A DNA stretch of 64,000 nt, taken from positions 267,777 to 331,776 of IMG/VR virus record IMGVR_UViG_3300047445_000186. One strand, given 5' to 3'. Numbering within the stretch: the first letter of the stretch is position 1; each line of letters opens with the position of its first letter. A program made the position numbers and the translations under genes. Shown piece by piece: positions 1-9,420 of the stretch. The notes beneath the pieces were generated by a model. That model worked only from the letters and a program-made list of their open reading frames with translations, did not search any database and had not been told where the DNA came from.

Positions 1-903
1 GGATCCGGAGGATACAAGTACGCACAAGACCTCGAGTACAAGACGCCTCGCAAGGTTAAGACGCTCGACTTGCCAAAGCAAGAGTTCAAACCAAAACACG
101 CCGAGAACGCGATCAATGCGGAAATGGACGGCGATAAGGTCAAGCTCAGCATTGACGTGAAGGTCGGTCCTCTGATGTCTGCATTCATCACGACGGTTTA
201 TAACGTCGGCGATAAAATGAAGGCAAAGATTCTTAACGTTAAGGGCAAGGTCCTTGACTATGATGATCTCTATCGCTCACGCCCACAGAAAGTTTGGGTG
301 ACCACTACTGATCTGGATCGTGTGAAGGCGATCATCGCGAAGAAGCATGCTGACCGCGTTGAGGATGAGAAGGCAGATCACGACAAACTGCAGAACGCTT
401 TGACTGACCGCAAAGAAACCAGCAAATGGCGAGCTGACGATCAGAAGCAGCGAAAGGCTAAACTCCACGCAACATACGGTAAGGAAATCGTCGATCGTGT
501 GAAGATCAAGTCTATGAGCATGGAAGGTGATGATGGTTATCAATGGGCTCTGTTCGTTGATGGACGGCGCAAGAAGTCAGGTCTGACTAAGTATCAAGCA
601 GAGGGTGAGCAGCGTATCATGTGGCGCTGGCTGAAAGAGTACGAGGACATGACTCCTGAGCAGCGGCTGCAGCACGCTCAAGAACTTGAAGGTATTCGCC
701 TGTACTTCATGATGGACGCGATTGAGAAGTCAGTTGGCGCGCAACTTCCACAGTATCTGAACGCGATCAAGAAGAATGCGAAGGACTTCGTTGATGCGAA
801 GCAGGCAACTAAGGACGCGATCGAAACTTCGAAGGTCTCTGACGCTCAAGCAAAGAGCATCTTTAATGACCTGATGAAGCGCATGGGCGACAAGCTGGAC
901 TGA
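1..903 (+). CDS. Hypothetical charged protein, 5'-truncated (frame is open from base 1); possibly an internal head protein
   Basis: Frame 1 reads GSGGYKYAQDLEYK... without a stop into the 70..903 ORF; Lys/Asp/Glu rich; phage-typical codon usage. Confidence 0.7.
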   Translation, partial: GSGGYKYAQDLEYKTPRKVKTLDLPKQEFKPKHAENAINAEMDGDKVKLSIDVKVGPLMSAFITTVYNVGDKMKAKILNVKGKVLDYDDLYRSRPQKVWVTTTDLDRVKAIIAKKHADRVEDEKADHDKLQNALTDRKETSKWRADDQKQRKAKLHATYGKEIVDRVKIKSMSMEGDDGYQWALFVDGRRKKSGLTKYQAEGEQRIMWRWLKEYEDMTPEQRLQHAQELEGIRLYFMMDAIEKSVGAQLPQYLNAIKKNAKDFVDAKQATKDAIETSKVSDAQAKSIFNDLMKRMGDKLD

Positions 904-911
904 TCCCGAAA

Positions 912-927
912 TCCGAGTGCACTCGGA
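912..927 (+). other. Hairpin after stop codon (TCCGAG-TGCA-CTCGGA)
   Basis: Perfect palindrome just downstream of the ORF 1..903 stop; no U-tract. Confidence 0.4.
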
Positions 928-1021
928 CTCCTCCGTGATTAAATAAGAACTGGTGCTGATGAGGCACCTTTTCTTTTACCTGCGAACAGTGGGTACCTAT
1001 CACAACCTCGGAGTACGAGAC

Positions 1022-1837
1022 ATGTCAGACCGCACCACCATCGGTGATCGGATGAAGAGCTACGAAGCGCCTTCAACGACCCGCAAAGCTTTCAAGGGCC
1101 AGCCCCTCATTGTCCGCCTGGACGGAAGCTCATTCCACAAATTCACCAAGGGCATGAAGCGCCCATTCGATCTGGTTCTGAGCCAGCTCATGATCGACAC
1201 CATGAAGTCCATGGTCGAGCGATACAACGCGAACATCGGGTACACGCAATCGGACGAGATCACGCTCGCCTGGTACATGGAGCCATTCGAATCTCGCGAG
1301 CTCGAGTTCGGTGGCCGCTTCCAGAAGTTCGAAAGCGAACTTGCTGCATGGTGTTCTGTGAAGTTCAACTCGCTCCTTCGCGAAACCGAGTACGCCAAGA
1401 AGGCAGAGATGCTGCCGTACTTCGATGCTCGCGCGTTCGTCGTGCCGAACTTGACCGAAGCGATGCACTGCTTCCTGTGGCGCCAGCAAGATTGCACGAA
1501 GAACGCGATCAGCATGGCCGCTCAGTCGATGTTCTCGCACAAGGAACTGCAAGGGAAACATGGGCCTGAGATGCAGGAGATGATGTTCCAGAAGTTCAAC
1601 GTGAACTTCAACGACTACCCTTCGCACTTCAAGCGTGGCACGTTCGCTCGACGCGTGAAGCGCGAGTGGTTCCCGTCCGATGCAGAGATCGAAGCGATTC
1701 CGGAGAAATACCGGCCAAGTGGGCCAATCCTCCGCTCGTTCGTGCAGACCGAAGACATCTGGCTATCGAAGCAACCGAGCGGAACGCAAGCTCTGTTCGG
1801 TGACGCACCGATCGTTACAAATGTTACGGTGTCATGA
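1022..1837 (+). CDS. thg1: tRNA(His) guanylyltransferase Thg1-like 3'-5' polymerase
   Basis: GDRMKSYE, RLDGSSFHKFT, GYTQSDEITL, FDARAF, WRQQDCTKNAI and FKRG are Thg1/TLP motifs; start moved to ATG 1022 (GGAG upstream). Confidence 0.92.
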   Translation: MSDRTTIGDRMKSYEAPSTTRKAFKGQPLIVRLDGSSFHKFTKGMKRPFDLVLSQLMIDTMKSMVERYNANIGYTQSDEITLAWYMEPFESRELEFGGRFQKFESELAAWCSVKFNSLLRETEYAKKAEMLPYFDARAFVVPNLTEAMHCFLWRQQDCTKNAISMAAQSMFSHKELQGKHGPEMQEMMFQKFNVNFNDYPSHFKRGTFARRVKREWFPSDAEIEAIPEKYRPSGPILRSFVQTEDIWLSKQPSGTQALFGDAPIVTNVTVS

Positions 1838-1963
1838 GATACAATCTGAGCATGAACACCCACAAGGAAACTTCATGCTCAACATTGCACGCCTTGCAGG
1901 CGAGCTGCTAGCCATCAAGGCAAAGCTCGCCTGGAATTCGGTCCAGATCTGTTGGTACTCGTG

Positions 1964-2107
1964 ATGGACGACCCAGACATCCTGTTCGCGATCGTGATCC
2001 TCGTGATCGTGGCGATCGTGAACAGTTTGCACTTGGATCACTGCGATCAGGACCGCCGCGGCTCAGATGGTCCGCTGTGTACAAAAGACGAGAACGGGTT
2101 AGAATAG
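1964..2107 (+). CDS. Small membrane protein (47 aa, not in ORF track)
   Basis: MDDPDILFAIVILVIVAIVNSLH...; one hydrophobic helix; TGATG overlap with upstream ORF. Confidence 0.45.
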   Translation: MDDPDILFAIVILVIVAIVNSLHLDHCDQDRRGSDGPLCTKDENGLE

Positions 2108-2143
2108 CTCTGTCCACACGGACACGTCGGGCAATTTCGCCTG

Positions 2144-2521
2144 ATGAAACGGAGCACATCCATGTCAGCATCAACTGCCCCTATTCGCGGGCGCATCTTC
2201 ACGTTCTTAATTCGCAAAGCAGTGCTACGTGAAACCGCAACCTACGAGGAAATCGCACTTCGGTTCGATCTTCCGAGTTCTGGAAGCCAACTCGCCGTCG
2301 TACTCTCGCCGCTTCTCGGCGATCTGTTCAAGTGGTGTGAACGTTCCGGTCTGCCAAAAATCACCTCGCTCGTCGTGCGCAAATCCGGCGCCGAAGAAGG
2401 CCTGCCTGGCCGAGGGTTCTGGACTCTGCTCGATCTCGATCTGCTCGACACGAGCGCGAAGCGCGTTGTGCTGAAGACACTCCAGAACGAAGTGTACACA
2501 TTCTACTCGGCCCTTCGATGA
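2144..2521 (+). CDS. Putative winged-helix DNA-binding protein
   Basis: TYEEIA...LGDLFKWC..GLPKITSLVVRK..GLPGRGFW resembles a phage/bacterial wHTH-type family. Confidence 0.5.
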   Translation: MKRSTSMSASTAPIRGRIFTFLIRKAVLRETATYEEIALRFDLPSSGSQLAVVLSPLLGDLFKWCERSGLPKITSLVVRKSGAEEGLPGRGFWTLLDLDLLDTSAKRVVLKTLQNEVYTFYSALR

Positions 2522-2763
2522 AATTCTTCTGTGACGATGGACGGCACTTGATCTGCGTGCCGTACTCGATCGAGAATCTGCACGCGATGGCCGAGGAACT
2601 TGGTATCAAGCGCTGCTGGTTCCACAACATGAAGTACCATCATTACGACATTCCGAAACGTCGTATCGCCGAAATCCAGGCGAAGTGCACCGTCGTCTCG
2701 GATCGTGAGATTCTGACGATCATCAAGGCAGCTCAACAGGAGCTCGCAGAGACCACCGAATAG
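2518..2763 (+). CDS. DUF4031-like protein
   Basis: ENLHAMAEELGIKRCWFH...HYDIP matches the DUF4031 pattern. Confidence 0.75.
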   Translation: MKFFCDDGRHLICVPYSIENLHAMAEELGIKRCWFHNMKYHHYDIPKRRIAEIQAKCTVVSDREILTIIKAAQQELAETTE

Positions 2764-2784
2764 CACGGTGTAGCGCTAACCAAA

Positions 2785-2806
2785 CGAGGGACCCTAGGGT
2801 CCCTCG
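2785..2806. terminator. Hairpin terminator between convergent genes
   Basis: CGAGGGACC-CTAG-GGTCCCTCG between stops at 2763(+) and 2829(-). Confidence 0.7.
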
Positions 2807-2828
2807 GCTGTTTCTGGTGGTCCGAGCC

Positions 2829-3485
2829 TTAGCCGCGGCTGATATCGATGATTGCGTCCTTCGCTGCATCGGCACCGAGCGTGGTACGGATGAACGAGCG
2901 GATTGCCGAGTCTTGCAGAGCACCCTTGGTCGGGAGCAGAACTGCGTGGACTGAAGAGCCCATGCCAGCAGAACCCTTCTTGACCTTGTTGTGCACGTTG
3001 TTACCGAGCGAGCCGGCGAACTTCTTCTGGATCGCAGCAAGGAGAGCTTGAGCGGCGGTGCGGTCAAGGTTCTGAACTTCGATCGAGAACGATGGACCTT
3101 CGTGGAAAGCTTCTTCCAGAGCTTCGTAAGCGCGGCGGCCAGTCTGATTCTTTGCCTTCAGGTCGTTCACCTTGTCTTGCTTTGCGAGAACCTTGCGATC
3201 GCGCGAATCAAGAACATCATCCCAATCTGCATCGTCGTTCGCACCAGCGGCCTTAGCTGCAGGGGTGACCTTCTTCTTGTCGCCAGCGGCCCAAGCAGCC
3301 AGAGCTGCGTCGAGCTCTTTCTTCTTCTCTGAGCTCATGCCCTTCAGACGTTCGCGTTCCTTCTTGAGCTTGTCAAGCTTGGCGTTATTGCGGAACAACC
3401 CGAAGATTTCGTTGATCTGTTCGTCAGAGAGTTCATCGCCGGTCTCGACGAATTCGTTGAACTTCTTGAAGGAAACTTTTGACAT
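2829..3485 (-). CDS. Late protein, probable internal head protein
   Basis: N-terminus MSKVSFKKFNEFVE resembles T4 internal-protein capsid-targeting sequences; TAAATA upstream on - strand (3520-3525). Confidence 0.65.
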   Translation of the reverse strand: MSKVSFKKFNEFVETGDELSDEQINEIFGLFRNNAKLDKLKKERERLKGMSSEKKKELDAALAAWAAGDKKKVTPAAKAAGANDDADWDDVLDSRDRKVLAKQDKVNDLKAKNQTGRRAYEALEEAFHEGPSFSIEVQNLDRTAAQALLAAIQKKFAGSLGNNVHNKVKKGSAGMGSSVHAVLLPTKGALQDSAIRSFIRTTLGADAAKDAIIDISRG

Positions 3486-3575
3486 ACCCGTGATCCTGTG
3501 ATCGTTGTAATTTGAGATTTATTTAGACCCGGTAGCCAGAAGATCCCAATGTCCAGGTGCATACGAAGGCACGAT

Positions 3576-3585
3576 CGTTACAATT
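3576..3585 (+). promoter_or_regulatory. Middle-type promoter CGTTACAATT
   Basis: Same decamer recurs at 9031, 12454, 27433 and 35058, always intergenic ahead of + strand operons. Confidence 0.7.
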
Positions 3586-3591
3586 GTTCTC

Positions 3592-3957
3592 ATGTTCCAT
3601 CCTGTTCTGTGGCGATGGCACAACCACCAAGGGATCAACATGAGACGTTTTATTCTGGTTACGGCTACGCAGTCGGAACCGGCCGGGGTGAAGACACACT
3701 CTGGCATCAAGAAGCTCAAGCGAGGAGTCGGGATCGTTGACTTCATGAGCGAGTACCTCGAGCAATTCGCAGGTCAAAAGGAAATCTACGCACGTGGCGA
3801 AACGCAGGTCGCGTTCGCTCGCGAAGATAACAAGTCCATTCAATGGGCATTCACCGAGTTCGCAGAAGACGAGCTCATTCGGGCCGTGTCGAACCTGACC
3901 CGTGAAGAACTCCTTCGCGATCTGAAAGAACTGCTCCCGCTGAAGGCTGCGCTGTGA
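3592..3957 (+). CDS. Hypothetical protein (alternative start ~3640)
   Basis: First ORF after promoter; GTGA overlap with next gene. Confidence 0.6.
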   Translation: MFHPVLWRWHNHQGINMRRFILVTATQSEPAGVKTHSGIKKLKRGVGIVDFMSEYLEQFAGQKEIYARGETQVAFAREDNKSIQWAFTEFAEDELIRAVSNLTREELLRDLKELLPLKAAL

Positions 3958-4595
3958 GTACCTTAGTTGGTTTGAGTGGCGCCCAGGGCGGTGGAAAGTC
4001 CAGTCTCCTGAAAGAGCTGGCAAAGCGGGGTTGGCACGTCGATGACTACCGAGTTAGTCGTGCAGTTCAAGATGCTTTGGGATGGGACTCCCTCGATCGA
4101 GTTCTAGATTCATTCGAGACGATGCAGTCCTTCCAAGAAGAAGTGTACAAGCAGAAGTTCAATCGTGAGATGTACTTGAAGCGCCAAGTCGGCGCGATTC
4201 TGACTGAGCGGACATTCGCTGATTTGGCCGCGTACACTCAGTCGTGGACATGGAAGTTCTTTCCTGTCGACTCGATGATTCCGCGCTCAGCACTTCGGTG
4301 GCTGACTGACTACATCAAGAACTGCCAGCTCGCGCAGAATGAACTGTACGATGGTGTGCTTCTTCTGCCACTCATGGATCATGTCGTATTCGAAGATGAT
4401 CCGCATCGCGCAAAGAAGGAAGACGCAGAGGAGGTGTACAACTTCATCGGGGCGCTTTCCGCAATGACTGACATGCCAAAATTGGTGATCACTCAAGAGT
4501 CGATCGAAGACCGCGCGACTGAAGTTGAAGACTTTTTGAAGGACAAGCTGAACACCGTGCTTGTTCGCAGACATTACAACTTGGAAGAAAACTGA
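3954..4595 (+). CDS. P-loop nucleotide kinase-like (AAA_28/NMP kinase)
   Basis: Walker A GAQGGGKSS; ILTERTFADLAAY; EDDPHR lid region. Confidence 0.75.
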   Translation: MSTLVGLSGAQGGGKSSLLKELAKRGWHVDDYRVSRAVQDALGWDSLDRVLDSFETMQSFQEEVYKQKFNREMYLKRQVGAILTERTFADLAAYTQSWTWKFFPVDSMIPRSALRWLTDYIKNCQLAQNELYDGVLLLPLMDHVVFEDDPHRAKKEDAEEVYNFIGALSAMTDMPKLVITQESIEDRATEVEDFLKDKLNTVLVRRHYNLEEN

Positions 4596-5203
4596 TGGCA
4601 TACGTTAAGGGGTATTCAAAGGCCCACCCAGGCTCGAAGGGCTTGCTCCTCGACTGGGAAACAACTGGATCGAATTTCGGCGGTGACAGCTCGATCGATT
4701 ATCAGGGTATCACGTTCGGTGGTGTTGTGTTCGACACGACCACGTACGAAGAACTTGACTCGATCTACTGTGAACTGCAGTTCGACGACACGAAGTACAA
4801 GTGGACCGACGGCGCTGAGAAGATTCACGGGAAATCGCGTGAATACCTTGCTGAGCATGGGATCCCTCGTGAAGAAGGTCTGGCGCAACTGCTTGAGCTC
4901 TTGCTGAAGCACTGGGCTCCAGGCTCGAAAATCCTGATGGCAGGTCACAACGTCGGATTCGACAACGACTTCACCGCTCAGCTCTTCCGCGATCACGACA
5001 TGGAAGGCGAGTTCCGTCCTCATCACGTGGTTGTTGACACGAGCGGTATTGCATTTGTTCTGACTGGCGAGTACAAGTCTGACATCGTGTTCGAGCTGCT
5101 TGGTGGTCTTGGCGAGCGCAAGGAGCATAACGCTCTTGAAGATGCTCGTGCAACTCTGGCTGTTCTTCGGAACGTGCGTCAGATTTTCGAAGGCAATCTG
5201 TGA
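4595..5203 (+). CDS. DEDDh 3'-5' exonuclease (DnaQ/RNase T-like)
   Basis: ExoI DWETTG, ExoII GHNVGFD, ExoIII HNALED. Confidence 0.9.
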   Translation: MAYVKGYSKAHPGSKGLLLDWETTGSNFGGDSSIDYQGITFGGVVFDTTTYEELDSIYCELQFDDTKYKWTDGAEKIHGKSREYLAEHGIPREEGLAQLLELLLKHWAPGSKILMAGHNVGFDNDFTAQLFRDHDMEGEFRPHHVVVDTSGIAFVLTGEYKSDIVFELLGGLGERKEHNALEDARATLAVLRNVRQIFEGNL

Positions 5204-5379
5204 TCTCGTTCGATCGAACTGGGGAAACTTACATCCCCCTTCAATTGACTGGTGAGTTCCAGAAGGACTGTGATGTCACTCTGGAAACCAGGTATGGCAA
5301 GCGCCGCGTCGTCGTTCGCGATTGCAAGATCGTGTTCGAAGAGTATTTCAACAACAAACCAGAGAATTTTCCATCATGA
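5200..5379 (+). CDS. Small hypothetical protein (59 aa, not in ORF track)
   Basis: GTG start overlaps the previous stop and its stop overlaps the next ATG (coupled at both ends). Confidence 0.55.
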   Translation: MISFDRTGETYIPLQLTGEFQKDCDVTLETRYGKRRVVVRDCKIVFEEYFNNKPENFPS

Positions 5380-5744
5380 GCAGAAACGTTTACTACATTG
5401 ATGTCGGCAATTACGGCCGAAAGCAAGTCGAAGAATACATCGCCGCGGTGCGTGAAGGAATCCAAAACCGAGAAGCACCTACTCTCGAAGAACTCGAGCG
5501 CAATGTGTGGGGTCCTGCTGATGAAGCTGAGCACGGCATCAAGCTCACGCCGAAGTCGCACAACATGTACGCGGGCGTGAACCTCGGTCCAGGTAGTGTG
5601 AACTACCGATTCACGTTCCTGATGCGTGAGCTCGAGAATCGCTTCCCGAATCCAGCACCGTACCGCTCTGATCGGATGCCAGAACAGGCATACCTCGAAG
5701 CGATCGACGCGCTCCTCGCTGACACGTACAATCGAACCCGCTAA
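5376..5744 (+). CDS. Hypothetical protein
   Basis: ORF MSRNVYYIDVG...; coupled start at 5376. Confidence 0.6.
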   Translation: MSRNVYYIDVGNYGRKQVEEYIAAVREGIQNREAPTLEELERNVWGPADEAEHGIKLTPKSHNMYAGVNLGPGSVNYRFTFLMRELENRFPNPAPYRSDRMPEQAYLEAIDALLADTYNRTR

Positions 5745-5783
5745 AGTGCAACCCGAGTCTGACCACGTTCTTACAATGTGGTT

Positions 5784-6098
5784 ATGACTTGGAAACTCTT
5801 CCTCGACGACTTGAGAGCGCCGCCCGATCAAACTTGGGTGGTAGCTCGGTCCGTCCCTGCCGCGATTCTGTACATCACAGAGTACGGCTTCCCTTACGAG
5901 ATGAGCCTTGATCACGATCTCGGCACTGGAACAGATGCGCCGCAGCTTCTGCTCTGGATTCTCGAAGAGCTCATGGATGAGCACATCCACCCCTCAGCTT
6001 TGAAGGTCAAATTCGGCGTTCATTCGGCGAATCCTGTCGGGGCGCTCAATCTGAACAATCTCTGGAAACACATTCTCCGATATGACAACATTCTCTGA
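5784..6098 (+). CDS. Cyclic-phosphate-processing receiver (cREC) domain protein
   Basis: WKLFLDDLR.P, SLDHDLG.G and HSANPVG are the family motifs. Confidence 0.8.
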   Translation: MTWKLFLDDLRAPPDQTWVVARSVPAAILYITEYGFPYEMSLDHDLGTGTDAPQLLLWILEELMDEHIHPSALKVKFGVHSANPVGALNLNNLWKHILRYDNIL

Positions 6099-6270
6099 AG
6101 ACAAAACGTACGTGTACGACGGCGCGGAAGTGAAGCTCACGGGCCGGAAAGCCAAGAAGCCGAACATGGCCGGCACGCAGTTCGAACTGGTCGAAGTGAC
6201 GCCAGTTGACGAAGACAACGGCACCTGGAAGAAGTGGGTGCCACGCCAAGGACTGTTCGAGATCCAATGA
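6082..6270 (+). CDS. Small hypothetical protein (SH3-like beta barrel?)
   Basis: EVKLTGRKA...VEVTPVD..WKKWV; coupled in operon. Confidence 0.65.
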   Translation: MTTFSEDKTYVYDGAEVKLTGRKAKKPNMAGTQFELVEVTPVDEDNGTWKKWVPRQGLFEIQ

Positions 6271-6674
6271 AAACTGCTGTCTGTCTCCTCTGCCCTCGCG
6301 GCGACAAGTACCTCTCGATCTCTCGTCGGAATGATCCCACACAGTGGGGAATGCCTGGTGGCAAGGTCGATCCGTACGAATCGAACGTTGAAGCAGTTCA
6401 ACGCGAAGTCGGCGAAGAAACCGGAATCCTGGCAAGCGCAGTCTCGTACGAACCGCTTCTGAGCTCGCACTGCCCAGGTGAAGTCGACTTCTGGGTCACG
6501 ACGTACCTCTGGGTTGACGAGTTCGCGATCAATGACTGCGAGCTGGTCGCCGAAGAAGGGATGACCCTTGACTGGAAGACGGAAGAAGAGCTCTGTGATC
6601 CTGCAGTTTCTCCGTTCGCCGAGTACAACAAGCGAGTGTTCAAGGCGCTCCGTGAATACCGTCAGGAGACCTAA
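6267..6674 (+). CDS. Nudix hydrolase
   Basis: Nudix box GGKVDPYESNVEAVQREVGEETG. Confidence 0.92.
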   Translation: MKTAVCLLCPRGDKYLSISRRNDPTQWGMPGGKVDPYESNVEAVQREVGEETGILASAVSYEPLLSSHCPGEVDFWVTTYLWVDEFAINDCELVAEEGMTLDWKTEEELCDPAVSPFAEYNKRVFKALREYRQET

Positions 6675-6919
6675 TGCGATACTCAATCATCTCGAATTTC
6701 CAACTGTTCTGGATGTCGATCGTGATCGGCTTGATTGCCGGGATCGGTCCAGTCGTCGGGAACATGTACCACGACTATCGGCTGCTTCCAGTTGTCTCAG
6801 TCACACCGAACGATCAGTGTGTGAAGGTCACGAACTACGAGAACGGTCATGCGTTCACTTGTCCTGACGTTGACGTCCTCCTGCGTAGGTACAAAAAGGT
6901 GATCGTCTCGGCTTCGTAA
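6674..6919 (+). CDS. Small membrane-anchored protein
   Basis: N-terminal hydrophobic helix then a two-Cys domain (CVKV...FTCPD). Confidence 0.65.
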   Translation: MRYSIISNFQLFWMSIVIGLIAGIGPVVGNMYHDYRLLPVVSVTPNDQCVKVTNYENGHAFTCPDVDVLLRRYKKVIVSAS

Positions 6920-6944
6920 ATACGACTGTCCTCCACAGGCAGTC
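6917..6944 (+). promoter_or_regulatory. Late promoter TAAATA plus leader hairpin
   Basis: TAAATA 6917-6922; GACTGTC/GGCAGTC stem 6924-6944 before TTG start at 6949. Confidence 0.65.
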
Positions 6945-6948
6945 CAAA

Positions 6949-8124
6949 TTGAAACGATACACGACCCTTCAGTGCAACACTTGCTCCCGCAAGAAAGATG
7001 AACTAATCGATCTGACGCATTACGCGCCGGACCGATGCACAATCACGCTCGGCTGCGAAGGCCGTCTAACTCCTGTTGGGTACACCAGCGAAGGAAGCAC
7101 CATTCTCGGTGTGCCTCCTGCTGGTCTCACGAACTGGGCTCCTCGCGGATCTACCGTCACTGGTACGGTAGCGCTGAAGGCCGACCCGATGTACGACACA
7201 TCGACTGGAACCAAGAAGCAGATCGTTCTTGCTGTGGCGAACGACACACTCGGCTTCGTCCCATCTGACACCGCTGTCGTCACTCTGAATTTTGTCACTG
7301 AGCAACAGTCCGCAAAGGACTACCGCCAGTACACATACCGCCGCTCGAACTCGTTCACGATCGTGAACGGCATCGAAGACAATCAGGCCAAGAAGGTTCT
7401 GCGGTACAACATCTCTGGCGGGTCCGCCGATCAGGTCGATGTGTATGTGAACGGCGTGAAGCGCGAACGCGGCACAGCGGCAGATCAGTACCAGTTGTAC
7501 GACGGTGTTGGCTCGGTGGTTCCGCCCAATTCTGTGTTGTTCAACACAACGATTACCGGTGGGTCCACTCAGGTGGACGTCGTGGTTTCTAAGGCAGCTG
7601 CAGTGTCGACTGCCTCTCTGAATTTCGTCCGAGCAATCGATGACGAAGCTCGTGTGAACACTGGTGCCTGGGAAGGCGTTCACTCAGTGAACTCTCCTGC
7701 GCATGGTGGTTTGTACTCGCTGTTCGTCTGCGATTTCTCTGAGAACCACGCGCTCGCTCTCGATGTGAAACTCCGTGTCGATCCCCAGATCCCATCGATC
7801 GTGGTTGATGTTCCAGGCGGTTCGCCGTTCATCATCACGAACGCAGCGATCCTGCTTTCACGCGCGAAGTCGTTCACTCAGATTGATCGTCAACGAGCAA
7901 AGTGGGTTCCACTTACGAAGCTGAACTCTGAAACAGAGTACATGGTCGTGAAACTTGTTGATAACGCACGTGCACTGTTCATCACTGAAGCTTCGACTGT
8001 GAATCTTTTCCCAGTGATCGAAGCTGTTCGATTCGGTTCGCCAAAGCTGCAAACTCAAAATCTGCTTGGTGATCCTGATGCGGCCGAGTTGGACAACGAT
8101 CTGATCTCTGGGCCTGACGCATGA
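6949..8124 (+). CDS. Late structural protein with Cys-rich N-terminus
   Basis: CNTC..CTITLGCEG; VDVYVNGV beta-rich body; late promoter. Confidence 0.65.
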   Translation: MKRYTTLQCNTCSRKKDELIDLTHYAPDRCTITLGCEGRLTPVGYTSEGSTILGVPPAGLTNWAPRGSTVTGTVALKADPMYDTSTGTKKQIVLAVANDTLGFVPSDTAVVTLNFVTEQQSAKDYRQYTYRRSNSFTIVNGIEDNQAKKVLRYNISGGSADQVDVYVNGVKRERGTAADQYQLYDGVGSVVPPNSVLFNTTITGGSTQVDVVVSKAAAVSTASLNFVRAIDDEARVNTGAWEGVHSVNSPAHGGLYSLFVCDFSENHALALDVKLRVDPQIPSIVVDVPGGSPFIITNAAILLSRAKSFTQIDRQRAKWVPLTKLNSETEYMVVKLVDNARALFITEASTVNLFPVIEAVRFGSPKLQTQNLLGDPDAAELDNDLISGPDA

Positions 8125-8597
8125 TCACTCCTCCGCTGCACGCACCTGTTTTCTACAGCGCAATTCTCGAGGGTGATGCCGCGAATTTCCTCACAAGCCT
8201 GCTCACTGATACGTTCGCAAAGTCAGGCGACATCCAGAAGGTGATGATCACCTCGCAGGATTTCACGTCTGATATCGCGGCTGCGAATGAGCTCCATGAA
8301 GGCACTCGTGAAATCGCTTCGCACATCACTGCGTTCGATGAAGAAGTAGACACCGTCACTCGATACAATCCGATGTTGCTGCCGAAAGAGAATGCGATCT
8401 TCGATCTGGCCGAGCTCGATCATGATGGCGACATTCTGACAGTTGACGGATTCGCCTCGCCGTACGTGATGCTCACTACGAAGATCAGCACAACATCCCA
8501 TCCAGAGGTCATTGACGGTAAAGTCGTGTTCAAGCAGTTCGAAATCTCGGAGCTGAACAAGGGTCTGGAACGAACAACGGGTCACTATCTGTCATGA
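8121..8597 (+). CDS. Hypothetical protein
   Basis: Coupled ORF (ATGA overlaps). Confidence 0.65.
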   Translation: MITPPLHAPVFYSAILEGDAANFLTSLLTDTFAKSGDIQKVMITSQDFTSDIAAANELHEGTREIASHITAFDEEVDTVTRYNPMLLPKENAIFDLAELDHDGDILTVDGFASPYVMLTTKISTTSHPEVIDGKVVFKQFEISELNKGLERTTGHYLS

Positions 8598-8998
8598 GCT
8601 ACTTCACACAACCAAAGAAATTCAAGTACGGGCTGAGTGTAAAGCTGCATCTCTTGAAGGCGAACACTGCGGTGAACTCCGTGTTCCCACGTGTTGAAGA
8701 CTTTGTTCTGAGCTCGAAGCAATTCGATGATCTGGAAACGGCGATTCAGTCAGTGAACATTTTGACAACTGAGCTCACATACACTCTGAACAAGGCGATC
8801 GATCAAGAGAAGTTCGGGATCATTAGTGAAAGTCGGGAGGATGAAACCCCATTGACACATGAATGGGACGAAACTGCCGTCGCAAAGATCTGGATTGTCG
8901 ACAAGGAAGCTCAGGCCGCGAATAAGACGGGCGGTGTCCGAGCAATCGGGATGGCGCAGATTGTTCATGTGCTCGAAGATCCCATATATCTGAACTGA
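8594..8998 (+). CDS. Hypothetical protein
   Basis: Coupled ORF. Confidence 0.65.
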   Translation: MSYFTQPKKFKYGLSVKLHLLKANTAVNSVFPRVEDFVLSSKQFDDLETAIQSVNILTTELTYTLNKAIDQEKFGIISESREDETPLTHEWDETAVAKIWIVDKEAQAANKTGGVRAIGMAQIVHVLEDPIYLN

Positions 8999-9007
8999 CC
9001 CAGTTCA

Positions 9008-9040
9008 GGGACGCTGCTCCCTCCATGAATCGTTACAATT
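9008..9040 (+). promoter_or_regulatory. Middle/replication promoter GGGACGCT-N15-CGTTACAATT
   Basis: Identical two-box architecture at 27410-27442. Confidence 0.7.
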
Positions 9041-9075
9041 GAACATCCAATCGTAACACTCAATGGAGTCAAATT

Positions 9076-9420
9076 TTGAACATGCTTGTAAATGCTGAAG
9101 CAAAGTCCAGCAAATTCCGGAACATCGAAGACATCCTGAAGGACCCCGCCCTGAAGGCGCGTCTGAACAATCTCGTCGATGAAGCCGTCCGCGCTAAGCT
9201 GAAGATTCAGCTCGAGCAAACCACGATCAAGGATCTGCGCGATGTCGCGAAGAATGATCTGAGCCTGAATCCGAAGTTGTTCAACTACTACGTTGGCATG
9301 GTCTTCAACAACGACTACGCGATGCGCAAGGACAATCTCGATCAACTCACGTCTCTGATCGACGCAGTGATGGCCCTTCTGCCGGCCGACAACTCGAACT
9401 TCGTTGGCGACGATGATTGA
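9076..9420 (+). CDS. T4 DsbA-like / GapR-like dsDNA-binding protein
   Basis: EAVRAKLKI...IKDLRDVAKNDLSLNPKLFN resembles T4 DsbA as I recall it (EASDHKLKI...IKDIRIRAKDELGVDGKMFN). Confidence 0.7.
   Translation: MNMLVNAEAKSSKFRNIEDILKDPALKARLNNLVDEAVRAKLKIQLEQTTIKDLRDVAKNDLSLNPKLFNYYVGMVFNNDYAMRKDNLDQLTSLIDAVMALLPADNSNFVGDDD

Noticed and set aside
905-968. Hammerhead-like elements (GAAA-stem ... CTGATGAG)
   Set aside because: Stems I and II cannot form convincingly and the NUH register is off by one; CTGATGAG sits in a simple hairpin loop
2761-2828. tRNA-like start (GCACGGTGTAGCGC)
   Set aside because: No T-arm or acceptor stem; the region is explained by the convergent terminator
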